Of a DNA stretch of 64,000 nucleotides, positions 1-7,990 are shown one piece after another. The stretch spans positions 64,001 to 128,000 of the forward strand of contig JAHLWP010000005.1 of NCBI GenBank assembly GCA_019057865.1, read 5' to 3'. The notes beneath the pieces are model-generated. The model was not told the DNA's origin. It saw nothing but the letters and a program-made list of their open reading frames with translations, and made no database searches. Position 1 is the first letter of the stretch. Each line of letters begins with the position of its first letter. This DNA is from Promethearchaeota archaeon (lineage in GTDB: Archaea; Asgardarchaeota; Lokiarchaeia; Sigyniarchaeales; SOKP01). The translations under genes were made by a program, and so were the position numbers.

Positions 1-265
1 CTAGAAATACATTTTTTTTAGTGAATATTTTTTCAGCGCCCCAGTCTTTATTTGAAAAGAATTTTTCCATAAAAGATCTTCCCAGAGTTTTTCCTACCCA
101 AGTCAATATATCATCCGCATTTGTACCAGCAAATTCTGTGAATTCGATCAAATCAATAGGTCTTAACATTAACAACCTCACATCTTTCTTTTTTTCGCCG
201 AAAAACAGCTGTCCTAATTTCTCTTCAATCATTATTTGTAATTCTTTTTTCAATATTTTTGACAT
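1..265 (-). CDS. V4R/TRAPP-Bet3-like domain protein, N-terminal part (runs off the window start; absent from ORF track)
   Basis: Manual translation from ATG at 265: MSKILKKELQIMIEEKLGQLFFGEKKKDVRLLMLRPIDLIEFTEFAGTNADDILTWVGKTLGRSFMEKFFSNKDWGAEKIFTKKNVFL..., open to base 1. The R-hydrophobic strand followed by the IL-x2-G-x3-G helix is typical of the V4R/Bet3 fold. Confidence 0.6.
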   Translation of the reverse strand, partial: MSKILKKELQIMIEEKLGQLFFGEKKKDVRLLMLRPIDLIEFTEFAGTNADDILTWVGKTLGRSFMEKFFSNKDWGAEKIFTKKNVFL

Positions 266-390
266 TACTTTTCCCTAATTAAGTATTTCATAAAGAATAT
301 TAAGAGATTATATAATAGAAATTTAAGTGTCTAGATATTTAAATTTAATGTTTAAATTAATTGAAATCTAAAATTAAAATATTAGGATTA

Positions 391-1446
391 TTAAGAAGCG
401 ACCAAGTTAAAAATATTTTGGATTACAGCATCGATATTGTATTTTGTCTTTACTGATGTGAAAAGCAATGCCCAATCTCTATTATTAATATTTTTAAAGT
501 TAAAAAAATCAAATAATTCTTCTTTTAATTTCTCTAGTTGATTTTCCCTGCTTTTTTCTGAAGATTTAATTAAATCTGTTTTATTTCCCACTATTAGTAA
601 AGGAATACCGGACAAATCATCTCTATTCACAATATTCCAGAATTCTTTTTTTGATTCTTCAAATCGTATTTGGTTAGCGATATCGATCATAAATACAATA
701 ATATTTGAGTCTTGTAAGCCAATCAACCATTTTTTTCGAAAATTTTGTTGACCTGGCATATCCCAAAAAGCCAGCACCCCTTTTTCTTGTTTTTCAATAT
801 ATTCAATATTGAATTTTCGTGTTGGAGCAAAGAAATTATCATTGAATTCACCTGTTTTTATTCTTCTTACAAGGGATGTCTTGCCAACTTCATCAATTCC
901 AAATAAAAAGACTTTAATAAATAACTCTTGCTGATAATTATAGACGATTTTAGGAGGTTTTTCGATAATTTCATCCCCATATCTTCGAATATCAATGAAC
1001 ATCGAAATTAGCAAATTTTCTATTTCAATTTCATCATCAAAAGAATATACTGTTCCATTATTTAATAATTCACTCAATAATTCTTCAAAAATTTCTTTAT
1101 AATCATAAGGATTATCTTCTTTATCAAAAATTAAACCTATAATAATTTTTCCGTTTATACAAGAGGTATATATATTTAAATCATTAATAATTTGTGCAAC
1201 TGGCTTATCAATTTTATAATGATTTGATTTTTTGTTTAAGTCTAGGTTAGAGATCGATAAATATTTATCTTTTTTATCCTTGTTATTTAGATTTGCCTGA
1301 TCATGACCAGTAATAATCAAATTAACAAGATTTTTGTCATTGATGTTTATAATATCATTTGGATAGCTATAGATATTAAGATCTTTTAAGTCTTGAAATT
1401 TCTTCCCTTTAAATAGAAAAATGTTATGTAGCAATGAAATTTCCAA
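391..1446 (-). CDS. Arf-like small GTPase with a ~170-aa N-terminal domain (possibly longin/uDENN-like)
   Basis: G1 GIDEVGKT, G2 APTRKFN, G3 WDMPGQ, G4 NKTD, G5 TSVK. The N-terminal domain call is tentative. TTG start. Confidence 0.85.
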   Translation of the reverse strand: MEISLLHNIFLFKGKKFQDLKDLNIYSYPNDIININDKNLVNLIITGHDQANLNNKDKKDKYLSISNLDLNKKSNHYKIDKPVAQIINDLNIYTSCINGKIIIGLIFDKEDNPYDYKEIFEELLSELLNNGTVYSFDDEIEIENLLISMFIDIRRYGDEIIEKPPKIVYNYQQELFIKVFLFGIDEVGKTSLVRRIKTGEFNDNFFAPTRKFNIEYIEKQEKGVLAFWDMPGQQNFRKKWLIGLQDSNIIVFMIDIANQIRFEESKKEFWNIVNRDDLSGIPLLIVGNKTDLIKSSEKSRENQLEKLKEELFDFFNFKNINNRDWALLFTSVKTKYNIDAVIQNIFNLVAS

Positions 1447-1617
1447 AAATTCTTAATTCCTATAAGTTTGAGAATAAAGGTTAATTAAAAAAAGTTTGGA
1501 ATCTTGCCTAATTTATAACTTTTAAAGTTTTTGGTTTAATAATTCTAGGAAGATGATTTAACTCCTTTAAAAAACCTTATTAATAGATGAATAAGAAAAA
1601 TTCAATTTAGAATTCTC

Positions 1618-3012
1618 CTATTCTTTGCTATCTTCTTCAACATCTGGAGTTTCTTGTTTATTATCAGAAGTTTTTGTTTCTGATGGAGCCTCAGATTGCG
1701 GAGTTGATTTTGATGCTACAGGTGTTCCACAGATAGGACATTTTGACCAACCTGGTCTCAAGCCGTAACCACATTTTGAGCATTCTTGCATATCCTCATC
1801 TGGTTTCCATTCTGGTATATCTAAACCACCTTGTCTTTTACTAGCAAATTCTTGTAATTCATCTTCTGTCCAAAACTCCATACCCTCAGGTAAACTGGAA
1901 CCTCTCTCTTGGACAAATTTGGTTATTTCTTCTTCCGACCAAATGGGCATATCAGGTTGAGTAGCCCTTCTTTTTTGTGCTTCTTCTGCTAACTCCTCAG
2001 CTGTCCATGCTTTAAGCTCTTGACCTCCCGGAGTTCTCACTACACCTGGTTGTTGAGGAGAAATTTGGCTAGGAGCCTGGGTACCCACAACACCTCCACT
2101 AATAGAAGGTGCATTACAACACTCAGCAGAAAACTTTAAAAGTGCTTCAAAACATTTTGAGAATTTATTTAGATCCTTCCCTTCATCAGTAACTAACATT
2201 AATGTAGTTTTATCAGCTGGCTGAGGAATAGCAATACCACACATGGCAATATCTGATTTAAGTCGCCCTGATTCTATACCAGAAGTGAGTTTTTCCATTG
2301 AGTTCGTTAAATCCTCATCTTTCATCAAAAAATCACAGATTGGATCTCCGTGTCTCTGGAAACTCTCATGGTATTTAGCTAGTTGAGTTCTTGTTATCGT
2401 TGAGTTAAGAGATCTAATAATAGCATCTACATACGGAAAAATTTGAGACTTAGGACCTTTTTGAGATCCTTCTAGCTCATAACCACCTAAATCAAGAGCT
2501 CCCGTAATAGGAGCGAATAGAGATGTTTCATTCTTCATTTTACCATAAATTATTGGTCTTGAAATAACACATTTGATTTCTCCGTAATAGGCAATAGCGT
2601 CATCAAAAAATTGAACTTTTCCATCATAGATAATTCGTGGAACACTTCGGAAAATTACATCAGCCCAAGGCATTTCTTTTACTGGAATTATTACATAACA
2701 TGTTTTATCAATTAAATCGCGCAATTTTTTAATGAAATCTTTTAACTCTTTTTTAATATTCTGATATTCTTCACTAATTAATTCTTCTTCTGCATTTTTT
2801 TCAAATTCTTTAAATTTTTCTTCATTTTTCTTGAGGTTTCCCCCAAATGATTTAACTTCTCCAATAGTATTACCTTGTAAAATAGATGTGGCATTTTCAA
2901 TAATTTTTTTCTGAAAATCGGATAACTCAGCCTCAGAACTTGAAATAAGGTAATCGTTGATATTGAATTGGATTTTATTAGCAAAGACTTCAAACAATTT
3001 CTTTTCTGACAA
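1618..3012 (-). CDS. Hypothetical protein with three W[TS]xEE[LI]-like helical repeats and a C-terminal zinc ribbon
   Basis: 464-aa ORF. Repeats WTAEEL, WSEEEI, WTEDEL, then WKPDED and CSKC-x9-CPIC, then an acidic S/T-rich tail. Confidence 0.75.
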   Translation of the reverse strand: MSEKKLFEVFANKIQFNINDYLISSSEAELSDFQKKIIENATSILQGNTIGEVKSFGGNLKKNEEKFKEFEKNAEEELISEEYQNIKKELKDFIKKLRDLIDKTCYVIIPVKEMPWADVIFRSVPRIIYDGKVQFFDDAIAYYGEIKCVISRPIIYGKMKNETSLFAPITGALDLGGYELEGSQKGPKSQIFPYVDAIIRSLNSTITRTQLAKYHESFQRHGDPICDFLMKDEDLTNSMEKLTSGIESGRLKSDIAMCGIAIPQPADKTTLMLVTDEGKDLNKFSKCFEALLKFSAECCNAPSISGGVVGTQAPSQISPQQPGVVRTPGGQELKAWTAEELAEEAQKRRATQPDMPIWSEEEITKFVQERGSSLPEGMEFWTEDELQEFASKRQGGLDIPEWKPDEDMQECSKCGYGLRPGWSKCPICGTPVASKSTPQSEAPSETKTSDNKQETPDVEEDSKE

Positions 3013-3221
3013 TTCTTTTACCTTTTTCCTTTGCTTTTTTAATTACTTAGATATTTATAAATATAGCAATGAAAGGTATATAAAAATTTAATTGAATCTA
3101 GTTTTCTACATGTTAAGTAAAATTGAATAAATTACTCATAAGTATTTAATAGAACGCTTTAATTATTAAAAAAATTAAAAATCCGAGACTAAATCGTTTC
3201 TTAATATTCAATCTTATATCT

Positions 3222-4430
3222 CTAAGGTAAGGGAAACATTAGATAACAAATTTTAGTCCAATTTAGTCCATGGTATTCAATTAAACCCATCATTTTATTA
3301 TACGCATCAACAGAATAATATTGACAAATGGGGGCAGGACTTCCATTTTCAATAACCGCAAAATGTACATGAGCAGATGAATTCACATTGTAAAACCTAG
3401 CAATGTCCCAACCTAATTGCACCCATTCGCCCAACTCAACATGCATCATACTTGCTTGTTGTTGATAATCTAAATAACTATCAGACCAAATCTCAAATAA
3501 ATATTCAGTTGCAATAGTTATACTGTAATTTATTACTAATCGTAAGGCATATCTATCTTGTCTTCCTGTCCCTCTATCTATAAATTCAATTTTGGTAACC
3601 TGACCTGGTGCAGCTGCTAACACTTTTGAACTATCTTTAAAATAGAAATCAAATCCTAAGTGTATTTCATTCCATGGGCAAAGAACTGTATTAGAATATC
3701 CCTTTACTACCTTTGAAATTGAACCATTAAATTCAAAACTAGCTACCATATAATCTAAGGGAGTATTTTCATCATAACATAAATAAGGCCAATCTGGATG
3801 ATAAATATGAACTAATCCCATCATCCTATTATAGGCTGCTGGAGAATAATATCTGTCAAGACGAGTGCGAACATCATCTTCTATTACATCAAAATGTATA
3901 TGAGCACCTTCTCCAATTTCCAAAAATAGCGCGATTTCTTGCCCAACCTCGACCCAATCTCCTATACTAACATTTATTAAGCTTTTTTGATTTTCATGAT
4001 CACTACTTTCATTAGTCCAAGGTTCAAAATTGTAATTTACATATACGCTATGATTAAATCTTATACTAACCTCAACCATATATCTATTTTCTGTAGCTTC
4101 ACCCCAATCTTTTTCTCGAATAATGCTTACTTGCCCAGGAGCTGCTGCAAGGACTTTTGAGTCGTTAATTAAAGCAAAATCAAACCCTTCATGAGCTCTT
4201 GCCCATGGGCAACTGTTTGTCGTAGACCATGCATCATTAACCGTATAAATATATGATTCGTTTTCAAAAATGACATCCATATAATCCAGATGACCCCAAT
4301 CATATCGTTCTCCAGGATCAAAAAAGTTCTCTTCCCAAGGTGGATTTTCCAGAATTCGAGGTACAATAATAATTCCTGCAATAATTACTACAGCAACTAT
4401 AATAAGTGAAATTATACCTTTTTTTTTCAT
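3222..4430 (-). CDS. Membrane-anchored/secreted protein with two tandem M23 (LytM-like) metallopeptidase domains
   Basis: N-terminal MKKK plus hydrophobic helix. Two copies of HxGxD (HEGFD, HLGFD), VLAAAPGQV, VxxG[DE]WVxxG and HxH (AHIHF, AHVHF), 177 aa apart. Confidence 0.85.
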   Translation of the reverse strand: MKKKGIISLIIVAVVIIAGIIIVPRILENPPWEENFFDPGERYDWGHLDYMDVIFENESYIYTVNDAWSTTNSCPWARAHEGFDFALINDSKVLAAAPGQVSIIREKDWGEATENRYMVEVSIRFNHSVYVNYNFEPWTNESSDHENQKSLINVSIGDWVEVGQEIALFLEIGEGAHIHFDVIEDDVRTRLDRYYSPAAYNRMMGLVHIYHPDWPYLCYDENTPLDYMVASFEFNGSISKVVKGYSNTVLCPWNEIHLGFDFYFKDSSKVLAAAPGQVTKIEFIDRGTGRQDRYALRLVINYSITIATEYLFEIWSDSYLDYQQQASMMHVELGEWVQLGWDIARFYNVNSSAHVHFAVIENGSPAPICQYYSVDAYNKMMGLIEYHGLNWTKICYLMFPLP

Positions 4431-4852
4431 AAGTGAATGAAATAAAAAGAGATTTAAAAATATATCTGCTAAAATTAAATACTCAACTAATAAGAACCGT
4501 TAAATAAAAGGTTTATTTTTCCCTTTTCTCATGAGAATAAAAGAAAAAATTATTAAGCTTTTGAGGAAAAAATCATATTAAGGTTATAATAATTTATAAT
4601 AATTATGAACAAAATTTAGTATATCTTTTAAAGAATATAAAATGTTCATCCAAACTAATCAATTAATTTGAAAAAAAATTTGATATAATATAAAATTGAT
4701 TAAAACTTTTTATACTCAAAAATAACCTCAAAATTAAGCAGAAGAAAACGTTTTTAAAAAAGTAATGCTTAAATAAGCCATTTGGGTTTAATATATTAAT
4801 CCGATAAAAAAAAATCTTTATATATTATATTATCATAAAATGTTATATATAG

Positions 4853-4886
4853 AAAAGTTAAGGATTATAAAAGTTAAGGTTTAAGG
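4853..4886 (+). promoter_or_regulatory. Direct repeats upstream of the RHH regulator (candidate operator)
   Basis: AAAAGTTAAGG at 4853-4863 and 4869-4879, plus a third TTAAGG at 4881-4886, just before the start codon. Confidence 0.35.
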
Positions 4887-4895
4887 CGATTCAAA

Positions 4896-5186
4896 TTGAA
4901 GATTGTCACAGTCAATATTCCGGATTCATTTTTAGATCCAATTAAAAAATTAGTAGGGGAGAATGGCCTGTATCCCTCTAGGTCAGAATTAATTAGAGTT
5001 GCAGTTAGAGAATTTTTATTAAAAGAGCTAGCCGTAGCTAATAGGATGGCTAAGTATAAAGAAAGTGAAATTAAAGATTTTGATGAAAAAAATTACGTGA
5101 GAGTACCTATTGAGACGACTGATGAAAATGATGAACCTGTACGGGAGTTCAAAACGTACAAAATCGTAAGGCGTTTAGAATATTAG
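4896..5186 (+). CDS. Ribbon-helix-helix (CopG/Arc/MetJ) transcriptional regulator
   Basis: MKIVTVNIP...GLYPSRSELIRVAVREFL is a typical RHH signature. Confidence 0.9.
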   Translation: MKIVTVNIPDSFLDPIKKLVGENGLYPSRSELIRVAVREFLLKELAVANRMAKYKESEIKDFDEKNYVRVPIETTDENDEPVREFKTYKIVRRLEY

Positions 5187-5497
5187 AGAATTTGTTAGAT
5201 GTTGCGAAATATGAGTTAAAAAGGGATTAAATATCTTTCTCCTTATTCTTTTTATTATTTTTTATAAAAAAAGGAAGGATTTGACAAATTATATGAATTT
5301 ATGAATTAATTATATTCTTTCAATTTTCATTGATTTAGTTAAAAAATTTTCAATTTGATTAATTAATTATCTAAGGTAATTCATAATGAAATATATATAG
5401 AACTTCGGGTATATTAGAGATAGAACTATAAGAAGAGGTTTTATTAATTTCAGAAAAAAAAAATAATAAAAAGCAAGAAATTTTTAAGCCTAAGTTC

Positions 5498-6730
5498 ATG
5501 GAATGGGGCATAATTAATAAAAATAATTTTAAAGATAAAACTACATATGATATACCGATTAAGAGATGGGATCCTTTATCGACAGTAAGAATAAAATCTA
5601 AGGATTTTGGGGTTCGAAAAAAGCGTGAAAGGTATTATGGACATTATTCCTATTTAAGCCCTATTAGAGGGAAAAGACCTAAAGGTTATGATACCGTAGA
5701 AAAGAAAAGTGAATTTGAGCATTGTCCAAAAAAGATTTATGCAAGAGTAAAGGATGTGTTTATGGCAGTCACAGAAGGAAAACCTATTTATGATAATTGG
5801 GGTTATCAACTGGGTGATGGTTTCACTATAATTATAGCTGAAGATGATAAAAAGTGCGACAATCCTTTTTTAGATACTCCTCATCAAATTGAAAGAATTC
5901 CTAATTCTTGCAAAGCAATCACTTTAATTAATCGGTATCCTTCAATGGCTCGGATTATAGACCCTGAAATAGAAAAATGTATCACTGAAGAATTGCCTCC
6001 TCATCTAAAACTCGCGAGAGGGATAAACTTAGTAACTATTTCAAGAAAATTTTATCCTTCCTTATGTTTTAATTTAATTCCAGAAGAAATAATTGCTGGA
6101 ATTTTTTTATCTATGAAAACGGCAATCCTTTATTGCGTTCAAGAAGCAATAGAACGTGACTATTATGACATTCCAGTAAATCCTTTTTTTAATATAGGTA
6201 TGAAAGTAGGAGGCTCACAACCTCGCATACATAGTCAAGTATATATTGATTTGAATGGTGATGGTCATGGAAGTCGATTAGAAGGGTTTTTAAGGGCATT
6301 CAAAGAGATGGGTGAAAATTGTCATTTATGTGAAACGTCACATGGAGATACAGATCGTATTATTTTAAAAACTGAATTTTGGACTTTTTATACCACAGGA
6401 AGTCCAGTACGAAATTATCACATTCGATTTCATCCAAATGAGCACTTGAGAAGATTTTCACAATTGAAAATTAATCAAATAAATGATTTAGCAAAATCTT
6501 TAAAGATTATCTTTCAAGCAATTGACGATATAAAAATAGATAAAAATCGAAATCTTTTATTTAATAGTTGCCCTTTTGGTTATGATGCCGATTTTCATAT
6601 GTTTGGTGATATTATTCCACATGAAGTAATTGGCGGAGCAGAGATGGCAGATGATATGCGAGTTGCGAGAAAGTTGCCCCATATTGCTGCAGCTGAAATT
6701 AGAGAATCAATAATCAAGTATCTTAATTAA
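5498..6730 (+). CDS. GalT-like nucleotidyltransferase (HIT superfamily)
   Basis: NRYPS, FNIGMKVGGSQPRIHSQ (GxS-x2-HxHxQ variant), CHLC zinc pair and a C-terminal second HIT lobe. Confidence 0.75.
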   Translation: MEWGIINKNNFKDKTTYDIPIKRWDPLSTVRIKSKDFGVRKKRERYYGHYSYLSPIRGKRPKGYDTVEKKSEFEHCPKKIYARVKDVFMAVTEGKPIYDNWGYQLGDGFTIIIAEDDKKCDNPFLDTPHQIERIPNSCKAITLINRYPSMARIIDPEIEKCITEELPPHLKLARGINLVTISRKFYPSLCFNLIPEEIIAGIFLSMKTAILYCVQEAIERDYYDIPVNPFFNIGMKVGGSQPRIHSQVYIDLNGDGHGSRLEGFLRAFKEMGENCHLCETSHGDTDRIILKTEFWTFYTTGSPVRNYHIRFHPNEHLRRFSQLKINQINDLAKSLKIIFQAIDDIKIDKNRNLLFNSCPFGYDADFHMFGDIIPHEVIGGAEMADDMRVARKLPHIAAAEIRESIIKYLN

Positions 6731-6841
6731 CTCAATTCTGTTTTTATTTATTGATTTAATAACTTTTTTATTTCAATTAAACTTAGATTTATATCTATTA
6801 ATTATTTAATAATATGTGAGGATTTTCTTGAGGAAATCATA

Positions 6842-7990
6842 TTGAGAGAATGGTCTGCGATAGTTTTGGCAGGTGGAAAAGGTAAACGATTAATGCCCTT
6901 AACTGCCTTGATTCCAAAACCACTTGTAAAAGTTACCAATGTCCCTATGGTAGACTATGCAATTGCACATTTAATATACGTAGATATAAAGCATATAATA
7001 CTCGCATTGGCTTATAAGGGCGAAGATTTAAAAGAATATATTAAAAAAACATGGCCACCAGATAGATTGGGAGATGTAGAATTAGAATGTGAGATACAAG
7101 ACAGTCAGGGTACCGCTGATGCTTATAGATTATTAACTGATTTTATTGACTCAGAAAATGTTGTTGTATCGATGGCGGACATAGTTACAAATCTCCCAAT
7201 GAAAGATTTCATGAAGTTCCACTCTGAAACAGAGGGATTGGCAACAATTTCTATGAAAACAGTTGAAAGTCATATTTCTCAATATGGTGTTGTTTTATTA
7301 GATAAAGATCGAAAAATTTATCTATTTTTGGAAAAACCAGCTCCAATGGAATTATATTTGAGTAGTATGGCTCAAAGAACTGATTTATTTTTGCATACAA
7401 ACATAATTAATACGGGGATTTATTGTTTTAATAAAAAAATTGGGGATATCCTTCATGAGACAGGTTTAATGGATTTTGGGGGTGAACTATTTCCATATCT
7501 CCTTGAAAACCAATATGATTTGTATGGTTTTGTAAAGAATTATTATTGGCTTGATTGTGGCAACTATCAAACCTATATGTGGGCGAATTGGGATTTACTA
7601 CGCCATTATGCCTGGCCAATCACACCCAATGGAAAAGAATATGATGGTATTTATGTTATGGGAATTATAAATTCAGGCCAAAATATTACAATTGCAAAGC
7701 CAACTTGCTTCGGTAAATTTGTTAAGTTAGAAAATCGCGTCAAAATTAAAGAACTTACATCAATAGGCAGTAATGTTACAATCGGAGAGGATACTGTAAT
7801 TGAGAAGAGTGTTATCTGGGATGAGGTGAAAATTGGTGCTGGTTGTATTATTAATGAAAGCATTATTTGTAATAATTGTGAAGTAGGAGATAATGTTGTT
7901 TTAGAGAGGGCAATAATTGCTCCAAATTGTAAAATAAGTAATGATCGCCAAATAAGAGATCAAACTCTCGAAGTTGGACAACAATTATAA
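6842..7990 (+). CDS. NDP-sugar pyrophosphorylase (mannose-1-phosphate guanylyltransferase-like) with left-handed beta-helix tail
   Basis: LAGGKGKRLMPLT-x2-PKPL, GTADA, FLEKP, INTGIY, YWLDCG and C-terminal hexapeptide repeats. Confidence 0.9.
   Translation: MREWSAIVLAGGKGKRLMPLTALIPKPLVKVTNVPMVDYAIAHLIYVDIKHIILALAYKGEDLKEYIKKTWPPDRLGDVELECEIQDSQGTADAYRLLTDFIDSENVVVSMADIVTNLPMKDFMKFHSETEGLATISMKTVESHISQYGVVLLDKDRKIYLFLEKPAPMELYLSSMAQRTDLFLHTNIINTGIYCFNKKIGDILHETGLMDFGGELFPYLLENQYDLYGFVKNYYWLDCGNYQTYMWANWDLLRHYAWPITPNGKEYDGIYVMGIINSGQNITIAKPTCFGKFVKLENRVKIKELTSIGSNVTIGEDTVIEKSVIWDEVKIGAGCIINESIICNNCEVGDNVVLERAIIAPNCKISNDRQIRDQTLEVGQQL

Noticed and set aside
21-278. 85-aa plus-strand ORF
   Set aside because: Antisense shadow of the minus-strand gene starting at 265, which has a recognisable fold signature.
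1780-2015. Calling the 464-aa protein a Myb/SANT or FYVE protein
   Set aside because: Repeat units are ~22 aa rather than ~50, and the FYVE R[RK]HHCR motif and eight-ligand pattern are missing; kept only as a resemblance.
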